Below are positions 51,333-61,742 of a stretch of 64,000 bases of DNA, piece after piece. Source of the stretch: Candidatus Bathyarchaeia archaeon. GTDB taxonomy: Archaea; Thermoproteota; CALKCG01; B24. The DNA is taken from positions 320,001 through 384,000 of the forward strand of contig JAVZJD010000001.1 of the NCBI GenBank assembly GCA_038870975.1. The letters run 5' to 3'. How positions within the stretch are numbered: the stretch's first letter is position 1; every line of letters begins with the position of its first letter. The position numbers were made by a program, and so were the translations under genes. The notes under the pieces are model-generated. The model did not search any database and was not told where the DNA came from. It saw nothing but the letters and a program-made list of their open reading frames with translations.

Positions 51333-51424
51333 CTAAATCAATCCTCAATAAATTTAACTATCAACTTAGATAAAAGAATTTCAACTCTAGAAACTATTAA
51401 ATGGAAAAGTTATCCGCGTTCCTC

Positions 51425-52366
51425 TTACTCAAACTCTATTGTTGCAGGCGGCTTATCCGTTATGTCGTACAGAACTCTAGCAACCTCTGGGATTTCATCT
51501 ATTATCCTATTTCTAACTTTTTCAAGTCTACTCCAGTCTAATTTAACGTATTTTGCGGTCATAGCATCTTCAGATTCAACCACCCGTAAGGCTATCATAT
51601 ACCCGTATTTCCTAGACCCATTCTTCGAAAGACCTGTGGCTTTTCCCTCGAGGAGAACTGGAAATGCTTGGAAGCACTCTACATCTGCAAGTTCTTCATC
51701 AACTATTAGTGTAGCCCTCTTAACTATATCCAGCTTTTCCCTAGTAACCTCGCCTATAATTCTTATCGATAAACCTGGACCTGGAAAAGGCCTCCTATAC
51801 ACTACTTCATCGGGTAACCCTAAAAATTTAGCGAGTTCTCTGACCTGTTTTTTGTAAAGCTCTTTAAGAGGTTCGAGGACTTTGAAACCGTAGCGTTCAA
51901 GCGGGTTTATACCTATCTGCTCTAAAACGTTGTGCTGAGTTTTCACTCCGCCTTTTGTTTCAACGATGTCTGCAGCTATCGTACCCTGCAATATTACTTC
52001 GGCTTTAAGGTTTCTGGCGACCCTTGAGAAAACTCCATAGAAGGTTTCTCTGAAAGCCCTCCTCTTCTCTTCAGCTTCTCTAATGCCCTTTAAAGCTTCT
52101 ACGAATTCATTCTGAACATCGTAAACTTCAACCTTAAGACCCAGCTTTGAGAAAACCTCTACAACTCTCTTAGATTCACCTATCCTCATAAACCCGTCTT
52201 CAAGAAAAACCGCCTTCAAACGGTCACCTATAGCTTTAAAACCTAAAACGGCTGTTACAGAGCTGTCAACTCCTCCTGAGAGAGCTATAATTGCTCTCCC
52301 CGGAATCTCCCTTCTAAGCCATGCAATCTTTTCCTTTACGAACTCCTCAGGGTTGAACCTCTCCAT
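51425..52366 (-). CDS. guaAB: GMP synthase subunit B (ATP pyrophosphatase)
   Basis: SGGVDS, KTQHNV, PFPGPGL and KPPATIEFE. Confidence 0.93.
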   Translation of the reverse strand: MERFNPEEFVKEKIAWLRREIPGRAIIALSGGVDSSVTAVLGFKAIGDRLKAVFLEDGFMRIGESKRVVEVFSKLGLKVEVYDVQNEFVEALKGIREAEEKRRAFRETFYGVFSRVARNLKAEVILQGTIAADIVETKGGVKTQHNVLEQIGINPLERYGFKVLEPLKELYKKQVRELAKFLGLPDEVVYRRPFPGPGLSIRIIGEVTREKLDIVKRATLIVDEELADVECFQAFPVLLEGKATGLSKNGSRKYGYMIALRVVESEDAMTAKYVKLDWSRLEKVRNRIIDEIPEVARVLYDITDKPPATIEFE

Positions 52367-52443
52367 GATTTTTCACCGTATTTGTGAATGATGAAGTATT
52401 TAATCAAAGTTTTTAACAAGTTTATTGTAATACCATTCTTGAG

Positions 52444-52797
52444 CTATCTGACCTTAGGTATTAGGCATAGGAGCTTGAGGGTTTTATCTCCATCATTTAC
52501 AATGCTGTGCTCAACATTAGGCGGTATTAGAATAGCATAACCCTCCTTAATCCTATGTTTTCTCCCACTGCAGACTATAAGACCCTCTCCCTCCACTATG
52601 AATATTTCATGCTCCCAATTATGGCTATGCATCGGTGTATTCCCATTGGGTTCTACTTCAAACATCCTCATTGCAAAGTTTGGGGCTCCATGTTCCCATG
52701 ATATCAACCATCTAATCCATGCGCCTCTACTGCTCTGGTCCATAACAGGCTCCTTCTTAACGTCGAGGTAATGTACTATCCTTAATTCGCCACTCAC
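52444..52797 (-). CDS. cupin domain protein
   Basis: H.H.WEHE...H cupin motif and NFAMR.F. Confidence 0.88.
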   Translation of the reverse strand: MSGELRIVHYLDVKKEPVMDQSSRGAWIRWLISWEHGAPNFAMRMFEVEPNGNTPMHSHNWEHEIFIVEGEGLIVCSGRKHRIKEGYAILIPPNVEHSIVNDGDKTLKLLCLIPKVR

Positions 52798-52905
52798 AGT
52801 TTCAAAGTTGTAAGAGAATTCTTATAAAATTAAGCTAACGAATTTTAATAAGTCCATACTATTTAAACTTAAATTCTACAGTAGTCTGAATAGGTATTGG
52901 TTTTC

Positions 52906-54156
52906 ATGAGTAAACTTGCGATTCTCGGTGGTACACCCATTAGAAGCAAACCCCTACCGACAGTGAACGATAAATCCGGTAGAAACATAGGCGTAGAAGA
53001 ATTGGAACTCCTCGAGTTGGTTGTTGAATCTGGAAGACTATTCAGGTACTCTGGAGAAATGGTCAGTAGTTTTGAAGAAGAGTTTGCCAAATTTCTAGGC
53101 GTTAAATACGCTATTGCATCTACTTCTGGGACGGCGGCATTACATATAGCCACTGGAGCCGCTGGCTTAGGGCCTGGCATGGAGGTTTTAACAAGCCCCA
53201 TAACAGACGCAGGAACTATAATAGCGATACTTGGTCAAAACGCCATACCTGTTTTCGCAGATATAGACCCGGATACGTATAACATATCGCCTGAAGACGT
53301 TAAAAAGAGACTTTCAGACAAAACTAGAGCTATAATAGCCGTCCATTTATTCGGTCTACCAGCAGATATGGATCCAATTATGGAGCTTGCAGAGGAGAAA
53401 GACTTAATCATAATAGAGGATTGCGCTCAAGCTTACCTAGCTGAATACAAGGGTAGGCTTGTAGGAACAATCGGAGATTTAGGATGCTTCAGCCTCCAGC
53501 AGTCTAAACATATGTTTACCGGGGATGGCGGTATAACCGTTACAAACGATGAAGAGCTTGCTAAGAGGGCTAAACTTTTCATGGATAAGGGCTGGGATAG
53601 AAGCTTGGGTCTTCCAAGAGCCTACATCATGCTCGGCTTCAACTATAGAATGACTGAGCTTCAAGGAGCTGTTGCACGTGCACAGCTTAAGAAAGTCAAA
53701 TGGGTTGTTGAAAGACGTAGAGCAGTAGCAGAATCTCTAACTAAGAGGCTTAGTGAAATCGAAGGTGTTTACCCTCCCAAAGTTCCAAAAGGATGCAGGC
53801 ACAGCTACTGGCTTTATCCTTTGAAGATAGAGCTTTCTAAGTTCAATGCCTCCCTAAGCGATATAGCTAAAGCCATAACGGCTGAGGGAATACCGACTGG
53901 AACGGGTTACATAGGTAAACCTATATACATGGCTCCACTATTCACAGAGAAGAGGGGATACGGCGGATCCAAATGCCCCTGGTTATGCCCACTCTACGGC
54001 AGGAACATAGACTACGGTGAAGGATTATGCCCCAAAGCCGAAGAAGCCCTGAATACACTTTTAACACTACCGTGTAATGAATACTTCACGGAAGAAGATG
54101 TAGAAGATATAGCTAAAGCCGTGGAGAAGGTATTATCCTATTACAGGGTATGTTAA
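52906..54156 (+). CDS. DegT/DnrJ/EryC1/StrS aminotransferase
   Basis: LAILGG.P, SGTAALH, EDCAQA, FSLQQSK and NYRMTE. Confidence 0.92.
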   Translation: MSKLAILGGTPIRSKPLPTVNDKSGRNIGVEELELLELVVESGRLFRYSGEMVSSFEEEFAKFLGVKYAIASTSGTAALHIATGAAGLGPGMEVLTSPITDAGTIIAILGQNAIPVFADIDPDTYNISPEDVKKRLSDKTRAIIAVHLFGLPADMDPIMELAEEKDLIIIEDCAQAYLAEYKGRLVGTIGDLGCFSLQQSKHMFTGDGGITVTNDEELAKRAKLFMDKGWDRSLGLPRAYIMLGFNYRMTELQGAVARAQLKKVKWVVERRRAVAESLTKRLSEIEGVYPPKVPKGCRHSYWLYPLKIELSKFNASLSDIAKAITAEGIPTGTGYIGKPIYMAPLFTEKRGYGGSKCPWLCPLYGRNIDYGEGLCPKAEEALNTLLTLPCNEYFTEEDVEDIAKAVEKVLSYYRVC

Positions 54157-54251
54157 TGCTTTCACTAATTAAGCTATTAGCAGAAGAGAGAAATTGAAAA
54201 ACGAAGAATTAAGCCGAAAGCCTTAAATTAAAAGTGACCTAAAACCTACTC

Positions 54252-56267
54252 TTGATGTCGAAAGAAGTTATTGAAGAGAAAATAAGTTTGCCTCTATGGA
54301 TTATTGTCGGTCTAATAACGCTTATATTTGGTTTCCTAGGACCATTATGGGTTTCAACACTGGTTAACGCTACTTGGTATGCACCTGGACGTGTAGCATG
54401 TAAGCTTGTAGCACCAGTTCTCCCATTAATTCTCATACTAATAACAGCATCGATAGGTAGATTTCTCAGAAAGAGAATAAACCCATCAACCTATGTCATA
54501 CTTTACGCGACGGGTATGGGTCTCATTATCTACACTTCAAGCGACTCTTTCCCCATTGGAAGTCCATTCCCCAATCTTTGTTATGATAGGCTTGATCCAA
54601 TAGCATCTCAATACATACCATTGTTTCTCGCTCCTCCTGAAAATGTCGCTTCCATACTAGCAACGGGTGGTCCAATAGATTGGAACGCTTGGTCTTTAAC
54701 AATATTATGGTGGTGGCTTTTCTCAGTAGGCTATGCTTTAACGACTGTTAGTGCTGGAACAATATTTAAGAATCAATGGATTGATGTAGAACGTGTACCA
54801 TTTCCACATACCATAATAGTATCTACACTCATGGATAAATTTAAAACGCAGGAGACATCTCTAATTAGGAAATTTGGCTTACCCTTTTTTATAGGGCTTG
54901 CCTTGGGAGTGATCTTCCAACTGCCGTTATTCTTAGCATATCTATACCCATGGTTCCCAGATATATACGGATTTAGGATAAATACTTGTACTCATGGCGC
55001 CCAATGGATTACACCAGACTCTCCATTGGCTTCGATAGTAGGCTTTGCTCAGTTTAATAAAGATCCACTCCTAGCGGCCATATTCTACATGGCACCCTTA
55101 GATATACTTTTTAGTGGTTGGCTCTTCTACCTAGTTTTCGTAATTCTAATGCAGGTAGCGTATACAATGGGCTACTATACTGGCATAGAAGGGTTAAGTG
55201 GTTGTGGTAGAGTGTGGTGTGGAACTATAAGCTATAGAGTTGGTGAACCCTTTAAGTGGGATGTCTTCGGCTCAGCAGGGCTGACAACTGGAATGTTTAT
55301 AATGTATATGATCCTCAATAGGAGATATGTTATAAACACACTTAAAGCATCATTAGGAATTCTTCCTGAAGCCGTGAAAGCTGATTTGGAAAAGGATCTA
55401 CCGCTCTCTTATAGAAACCTATACTTAATTTTTTTAGTTGGAGTGGCTCTACTTACAATACTTCTCTCTCTTCTGGAGATACCGTTTGAGGCCATAGTAA
55501 CACTTCTAGTATGCAGTTGTATAACAACTTTCATAGCCTCAAGGAACTACAGCCTGGTAGGTTTCGTGGTTCCAGCGGGGTCTTACTTTTACTATGGCCC
55601 CATAAAAGCTGTTCTAGGTGAAATCCCAGAAATTCTAACAAAAGGATGGGTTTCAGGAGCTGTAATGACTTATGGCATGGTCAATGAGCCTATTACTGGA
55701 GGAGGATACGCCTTTCCATTTGTGGCGTCGCTGGCTAGCTATCGTTTGGCAAGCTACCAAGGTGTATCTTCAAAAACTATATTTAAAATTTTATTGCCGA
55801 TTTCAGTAATAGCCCCTCTGCTTGCCCTATTAGGAGCTGTCTGGGGCTTTCATACTTTTGGGATAACTAAGTTGCCGACAGCTAGTGGAAGCTGGTGGAG
55901 TGCTTACAATTGGCTCGGAAATCCATCGGCTCTAGCTAGAAGACCAGCATACCCACCCTGGTGGCCTCACATGTTAGCTGGAGCTGTAGTCGCTATTATC
56001 CTGAGTTATCTTCACGCCAGATTTTTATGGTTCCCATTAGACCCCATAGGTTTCCTACTGGCCGTAGATGGGCATGCATTAGTAGAGGGTATATGGACAA
56101 TGTTACTAGTAGCATGGGTTTTAAAAACTATAACTTTAAGAATTGGAGGAAGTAAACTTTATGAAGAAAGAGGAATACCAGTCGCCATAGGCTTTGCTAC
56201 TGGAATGCTTATCGTCGCCTTCGTAGGAGGCATTATACTCGCTATAAGATTCTTCGTACCATTCTAA
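54252..56267 (+). CDS. polytopic membrane protein, OPT-like / DUF6785-DUF6784-type transporter
   Basis: Many TM segments, QWIDVERVPFP, RF.WFPLDPIG and LRIGG..LYE. Confidence 0.75.
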   Translation: MMSKEVIEEKISLPLWIIVGLITLIFGFLGPLWVSTLVNATWYAPGRVACKLVAPVLPLILILITASIGRFLRKRINPSTYVILYATGMGLIIYTSSDSFPIGSPFPNLCYDRLDPIASQYIPLFLAPPENVASILATGGPIDWNAWSLTILWWWLFSVGYALTTVSAGTIFKNQWIDVERVPFPHTIIVSTLMDKFKTQETSLIRKFGLPFFIGLALGVIFQLPLFLAYLYPWFPDIYGFRINTCTHGAQWITPDSPLASIVGFAQFNKDPLLAAIFYMAPLDILFSGWLFYLVFVILMQVAYTMGYYTGIEGLSGCGRVWCGTISYRVGEPFKWDVFGSAGLTTGMFIMYMILNRRYVINTLKASLGILPEAVKADLEKDLPLSYRNLYLIFLVGVALLTILLSLLEIPFEAIVTLLVCSCITTFIASRNYSLVGFVVPAGSYFYYGPIKAVLGEIPEILTKGWVSGAVMTYGMVNEPITGGGYAFPFVASLASYRLASYQGVSSKTIFKILLPISVIAPLLALLGAVWGFHTFGITKLPTASGSWWSAYNWLGNPSALARRPAYPPWWPHMLAGAVVAIILSYLHARFLWFPLDPIGFLLAVDGHALVEGIWTMLLVAWVLKTITLRIGGSKLYEERGIPVAIGFATGMLIVAFVGGIILAIRFFVPF

Positions 56268-56346
56268 ACCCCCCATTTTTTTCCATTAAGCCGATTACGA
56301 CACTATTAAATATGTGACCATGTATGCATAACGTTGGTGGTTTAAC

Positions 56347-57657
56347 ATGGCTAGCCTCGCTATTTTAGGCGGTAAGCCTACTGTAACCCTTAGCACTAAG
56401 GAAAAGTGGAAGAGACCCATCGAAGAGGAGAAGAAGCTCATCTGGGAGCTTCTTGAAAAGGGAGACATATCTGGCTCAGGTGGAGGTTTACCTTTAGAAT
56501 TCGAAGAGGAGTTTAAGAAGTTTGTGGAATGTGAGTATTGCCTAACCGTTGACCATGGCTCAACTGCTTTAGCAAGTGCATACTATGCTGTTGGTGTGGG
56601 GCCTGGTGATGAAGTTATAACGCCTGCGGCAGGATATATTGGAAGTTATGCTGGAGCACTACACATGGGTGCTAGACCAGTCTTCTGTGAAATAGATCCT
56701 AAAACACTTCTCATGGATCCTGAAGATGTTGAACGTAGGATAACACACCGTACTAGAGCTATAAACCCCATTCATATGAGTGGTAAGGTATGCGATATGG
56801 ATGCTTTAATAGATATTGGCCGAAAGCATGGTATCGCTATAGTCGAAGATGCGGCTCATGCCGCTGGATGCGAGTGGGATGGTAGGAAGATAGGAAATGT
56901 TGGAGATGTAACATGCTTCAGTCTTCAAGGTGTAAATCCAACTGGGAAACCAGTAGCTGGCGGAGAAGGAGGCATCGTATGCACGAATAGCAGGGAGCTT
57001 TACGAGAGGATGCTCATCTACTGCCACCTACATAGGTATAGAATAGTTGAAGAGCTTACAAACCCAGCCTATAGAGGATTGGATGCTGAAGTACTTGGTT
57101 TAAAGTATAGAGCCCACCCGTTAGCTTTAGCCATAGCCTTAGTTTCACTTAAAACTCTTCCATACCGTGTTGAGAAAGCCATAGAGAATAGAGAGAGGCT
57201 TTTCAAAGGCTTGAAAGATGTCCCAGGCGTTGAGCCTGTTCACTCTTATCCTAAGGCTAAGTGGCACGGCCTCTACGGAGGCTGGCAGATAATATACAAG
57301 CCTGAGGAACTCGGAGGACTACCCCCTGAGAAGTTTAAAGCAGCTCTTAGAGCCGAAGGAGTTCCCGTAAGCGGTCACGGGTGGGCATCTGGACATTTAG
57401 GAGAACACTTAAGAATAATATTCACTAGAGGCTTCGACTTGTGGGGGCATGGACGTGGACCGTTGGATACTCAATACGGCTTCATGGGTCTACCACCGTT
57501 TAAACCGTATAAGAAGGGAGACTTCCCAATAACTGAGAGTTTAGCTGAACGTGTCATAACGTTACCTGCCCACATAGAGCCCGAGGAAGGGCTTATAGAT
57601 CAATTTATCGAAGCATTTAGAAAAGTGACCGAGAATTACAAACAGCTACTTATGTAA
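56347..57657 (+). CDS. DegT-family aminotransferase (divergent)
   Basis: LAILGGKP, EDAAHA and FSLQGVNPTGKPVAGGEGG. Confidence 0.9.
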   Translation: MASLAILGGKPTVTLSTKEKWKRPIEEEKKLIWELLEKGDISGSGGGLPLEFEEEFKKFVECEYCLTVDHGSTALASAYYAVGVGPGDEVITPAAGYIGSYAGALHMGARPVFCEIDPKTLLMDPEDVERRITHRTRAINPIHMSGKVCDMDALIDIGRKHGIAIVEDAAHAAGCEWDGRKIGNVGDVTCFSLQGVNPTGKPVAGGEGGIVCTNSRELYERMLIYCHLHRYRIVEELTNPAYRGLDAEVLGLKYRAHPLALAIALVSLKTLPYRVEKAIENRERLFKGLKDVPGVEPVHSYPKAKWHGLYGGWQIIYKPEELGGLPPEKFKAALRAEGVPVSGHGWASGHLGEHLRIIFTRGFDLWGHGRGPLDTQYGFMGLPPFKPYKKGDFPITESLAERVITLPAHIEPEEGLIDQFIEAFRKVTENYKQLLM

Positions 57658-57780
57658 CTTGCCCTTAAGTATTCCTACTAAGTTTGCCTTTAAATTTTCC
57701 CCTATATCATTACTAGTGGTTAAATGTTATCTTCCCCTCAGATTTATTCACAAAAAGATATCCTTACTATTCTGGAGAGG

Positions 57781-58209
57781 CTATGACTGAGTTATATTTC
57801 TCAGGAGTTTTACGCAAAGGTCTAAGGTAGATTTAGCGTATTCTAAAGCCTCTTCAGCATCCATACGGCTATAAAGCTGATCTGGAGGCATCCCCGTCTC
57901 TTCATCTCCGTACATACTGGGTTCTCTCTCCCTTCTAAGCTTTCTAGAGATTGATGCAAGCCTATCTACTTCAGCTTTAAACCATTCTGGGAAGAGTTCT
58001 CTATGTTTCTTGAGAATCGGTCCCACGTCATGCCATTTAGGTGGCTCTATGGCTACTAGCCGTAATACGCCTTTGAGAGCAAGTTCAACTGCTTCTTGAC
58101 TTTGACGTATTGTATATGCGTAATTCCCCGTTTCCATAGCCTCCTCGGCGTGTCTAACCCTTTCTTCAGCCTGCTTAAGATATGATTTAGCCATATCAAC
58201 GTTATTCAA
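57781..58209 (-). CDS. HEPN domain protein
   Basis: SQEAVELALK, PPKWHD and the RxxxxY (REPSMY) motif. Confidence 0.9.
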   Translation of the reverse strand: MNNVDMAKSYLKQAEERVRHAEEAMETGNYAYTIRQSQEAVELALKGVLRLVAIEPPKWHDVGPILKKHRELFPEWFKAEVDRLASISRKLRREREPSMYGDEETGMPPDQLYSRMDAEEALEYAKSTLDLCVKLLRNITQS

Positions 58210-58708
58210 TATTTACAACCTCTCCAAATCTTATATCTGGTTTAATCAACCAATACCATTTATCTTTAATCCATATTCTCTTAGAGCCCAGCTCTTTAAG
58301 CCTCTTCCTAAGTCGTGCAATGATACTGCTGAAAAATCCGTCTTTATCGTAAAGTATTACAGAGTCTTCAACCATGTCTAGATATATCGGCCTAATTTTC
58401 GAAGCTTCTTCAACAGATAGGATTATAGGTGAAAAATCTACGTAAAACCCCTTACTCCAAAGCTCATCAATAATCGGTTTAAGCTCATCTTCAACTTCAA
58501 TGAACAGTTGCTGACGCTTCATACGGCTTTTAGGCAGAGATTCAGCGATTATAAGCATGTCTACGTCACTGTCTTTACGGGTAGATCCTCTAGCAACACT
58601 ACCATAAACGACGACTGAGACCAGTTTATCGCTTAGCTTAACATGTAAGAGCTCAACCAATCTTTTAAGTAGAAAGCTGTAGGGTTCTTTGATTTTTTCC
58701 AGGCCCAC
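58202..58708 (-). CDS. minimal nucleotidyltransferase (MNT)
   Basis: YGSVARG....SDVD; overlaps the HEPN gene. Confidence 0.9.
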   Translation of the reverse strand: MGLEKIKEPYSFLLKRLVELLHVKLSDKLVSVVVYGSVARGSTRKDSDVDMLIIAESLPKSRMKRQQLFIEVEDELKPIIDELWSKGFYVDFSPIILSVEEASKIRPIYLDMVEDSVILYDKDGFFSSIIARLRKRLKELGSKRIWIKDKWYWLIKPDIRFGEVVNIE

Positions 58709-58845
58709 TTTGCTCTAAAGAATTCTACGACCTTGTATAATTAATGATTTTCCCTCCTCATAATCAAATATAAGTGGGTTTTCGAATAGTATGTATAAAT
58801 TTTGAGCGTTAACATGTACATTTTCATCTTAAGGACTGGCAAGGC

Positions 58846-60039
58846 TTATGATGATGCGAGTTCATCTAACGCTTTAAGAGCGTCTATTATCGCATTTTTC
58901 TCGACGACGCCAGAAGCCGCTACGGTGTGTCCATCGGCAAATCCTCCGAATTTCGAGCAGGCTTCTGGAAGTATTCTGGATAGTGGAGACTTCTCACCAG
59001 CCGCTATTCTATCGGCTAGTGGCTTCGGAGCCCTTGTAGAGATCTTAATGTATGTCTTCTCCAGCTTACCGTATCCCGGTATATCTGGTAGAACATCCAT
59101 GTAGCCGACAATGTACTTATCCTTATCTATGAAACCTTGATACTGAAGATAACTGCAGAAGCTTCCTATGACTTTAGTTCCCATGCCTCTATACACACCT
59201 CTATCTGAAAACCACTGTATAGCCTTCATTTTAGCTGGCTTCTCTCTTCTAAGAATGCTTAGCAACGTAGCGTTAGCTTTCTTCCTCTCTTCTTCGAGTT
59301 TAGAAGCCTCCTCATAGTCTTCGTCTTTAAAACCATTCATACATGCTTTTAATGCTCTCATAGGTCCTCCCCTGTAGTATCCTACGGAGGCTAAAACAGA
59401 TAGTATCGTCGAGTATCGCCTGTACGAAAGAGGCTTACCGAGGCTCATAATCTTAAAATCCTCTTTCTCCAATTGAATAAAACCGCCATTCAACGCATCT
59501 CTTAAAGCCAATTGATTTAAACCTGTAAGTGGACCTGGAATTTCAGCAGCCCCTATTAAAGCTAAAGTTGAAAGGTCTAAATTGTTAGAGTCTAGCGTTT
59601 TAGCGAATAAGTATGCGACAGTTGAAGCTGAAGCATCTTTCTCGCCAGATAAACCGTAGAGTTCAGGGTTTACATTTAAAACGTCACTGCGTGAGGATTG
59701 TAAAGTGTCATGGTGGTCAAGTATTACTGTTAAACTCCCCCTAGGTGCTTCCCTCTCAATTAATTTGACGTGAGCCGAGCCGATGTCAGTGAATAAGTAT
59801 AACCCCTCTCCCCGAGTATACACACCTTTTAAAACCTCAGGGTAGAGCTTATCAAGACAAATCGTTTTAAAACTCAAACCCGCTCTATTTAATGCTTTAG
59901 CCGTTATCGTAGCGGAACATACACCGTCAGCTTCGTCATGGTGGATTATGAATGCCTCACTAAAACCAGCTTCCCTTATCCTGACAACAGCCTCCTCCAA
60001 TAGTTTGAGAAAAGCATCTACTGTTAAACTCCCACCCAA
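58846..60039 (-). CDS. DHH family phosphoesterase (RecJ-like)
   Basis: HHDEADG, TDIG, DHH and C-terminal GH..ASG. Confidence 0.88.
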   Translation of the reverse strand: MGGSLTVDAFLKLLEEAVVRIREAGFSEAFIIHHDEADGVCSATITAKALNRAGLSFKTICLDKLYPEVLKGVYTRGEGLYLFTDIGSAHVKLIEREAPRGSLTVILDHHDTLQSSRSDVLNVNPELYGLSGEKDASASTVAYLFAKTLDSNNLDLSTLALIGAAEIPGPLTGLNQLALRDALNGGFIQLEKEDFKIMSLGKPLSYRRYSTILSVLASVGYYRGGPMRALKACMNGFKDEDYEEASKLEEERKKANATLLSILRREKPAKMKAIQWFSDRGVYRGMGTKVIGSFCSYLQYQGFIDKDKYIVGYMDVLPDIPGYGKLEKTYIKISTRAPKPLADRIAAGEKSPLSRILPEACSKFGGFADGHTVAASGVVEKNAIIDALKALDELASS

Positions 60040-60138
60040 ATGAAACTTGTCACCTGTGAAAGAAAAGCATTTACCTTTTCACCTTAAATATAGGTAAGGT
60101 TATAATGTTATCTACTAGAGTAGTAGAGGGGTGCTGTA

Positions 60139-61683
60139 ATGCTTCTTAAGGTCAAGAGACTGTACATAGAGGCTGGTGGTAAGCCTATAGTCCTACTCAA
60201 TAAAGAGGATGCCGACGATATAGGTGTTAGAGCGCTTGGACGCGTTAAAATTGTAACCACCGAGGGGCGTGAGCTTACATCTGTAGTAAACGTAACCTAT
60301 AGGGCTGTTGAAAAAGGCGTCATAGGCGTATATGATGAAGTAGCCTCTAGGCTTAAACTTGAAGATGGCTCTCTAGTAGATGTCAGACTTTCTGAACCAC
60401 CTAAAAGCACATATTTCATAAGGGAGAAGCTTAAGGGTAAGAAGCTAACATATCCTGAGATCTATGAGATAGTTAGAGATGTTGTAGATGGCCGCTTAAC
60501 AGAAGTTGAAATATCGGCCTTCGTAACAGCTTTACACACCTTTGGTTTAGATTTAGATGAGGCTACAAGTTTAAGCAAAGCTATGGTTGAAGTAGGTGAG
60601 ACCTTAAACTTGGACGACGCTTTTGTAGTAGATAAACATAGCATAGGTGGCGTTCCAGGAGATAAAACGAGCTTATTAGCCGTTCCAACAATAGCCGCTT
60701 CAGGACTGGTCATACCTAAGACCAGTTCAAGGGCGATAACGAGTGCTGCAGGTACAGCTGATAGGGCTGAAGTACTTATGCCTGTTAACTTAGGCCTAGA
60801 GGAGATAAAGTCTGTTGTTAGAAAAACCGGGGGTTGTCTCGTCTGGGGTGGAGCTTTACACCTTTCTCCTGCAGATGATATATTCGTACAAGTGGAGTAT
60901 CCTTTAGCCATAGACCCTTTGCTACTACCCAGTATCATGAGTAAGAAAAAAGCCGTTAACGCTAAGATACTCGTAATAGACATCCCAACTGGAAGAGGGA
61001 CTAAGGTTAAAACCATAGGTGAGGCTAATGCTTTAGCTAAAGACTTTATAGAGCTTGGTCGTAGATTAGGTATACAGACCAGTTGCGCTATAACCTACGG
61101 TGAGCAACCAATTGGATATGCTATTGGACCAGCTTTAGAGGCTAAAGAGGCGTTGGAAACTTTAATGGGTTCTAATAAGGCCTTAGACCTTCTAAATAAA
61201 GCTGCAAACGTAGCTGGAGCATTATTTCAAATGGCTGGTGTAGGCGACTTTAATACCGCCCTTCAACTGATAACGTCTGGTAGATCTGAGAAAAAACTTA
61301 GGGAGATTATTGCAGCTCAAGGTGGAGACCCAGATATTAAACCAGAAGATATACCCATTGGAGATAAAACATGCGAAGTTAAAGCTGAAAACGACGGTAT
61401 GGTTTTGTGGATAGATAATGGTAGACTAATAGAAATCGCCAGAGCTGCTGGTGCACCTAAAGACAAAGGTGCTGGAATACTTCTCAATAAAAAGATCGGT
61501 GATCATGTTGAAAAAGGAGATACCCTTTTCACAATCTACGCAGAATCTTCGGTTAAACTTCAAACGGCCATAGAGCTTGTAGAAGAAAGAAGCTTCATAG
61601 GCGTTGGCAAAAGTATGGATATGCTCATACAATTTATACATGAAGCGCCAGTGTATGGAAGAAGGTTTGAGCTGGAAAGATAG
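60139..61683 (+). CDS. AMP phosphorylase
   Basis: N-terminal extra domain, DKHSIGGVPG, KTSSRAITSAAGTAD and APKDKGAG. Confidence 0.93.
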   Translation: MLLKVKRLYIEAGGKPIVLLNKEDADDIGVRALGRVKIVTTEGRELTSVVNVTYRAVEKGVIGVYDEVASRLKLEDGSLVDVRLSEPPKSTYFIREKLKGKKLTYPEIYEIVRDVVDGRLTEVEISAFVTALHTFGLDLDEATSLSKAMVEVGETLNLDDAFVVDKHSIGGVPGDKTSLLAVPTIAASGLVIPKTSSRAITSAAGTADRAEVLMPVNLGLEEIKSVVRKTGGCLVWGGALHLSPADDIFVQVEYPLAIDPLLLPSIMSKKKAVNAKILVIDIPTGRGTKVKTIGEANALAKDFIELGRRLGIQTSCAITYGEQPIGYAIGPALEAKEALETLMGSNKALDLLNKAANVAGALFQMAGVGDFNTALQLITSGRSEKKLREIIAAQGGDPDIKPEDIPIGDKTCEVKAENDGMVLWIDNGRLIEIARAAGAPKDKGAGILLNKKIGDHVEKGDTLFTIYAESSVKLQTAIELVEERSFIGVGKSMDMLIQFIHEAPVYGRRFELER

Positions 61684-61742
61684 TCTTAAAACATTCCATT
61701 TTTATATTCGATTGTATAATCGGTTAAAGGATAAAAGTCTGA

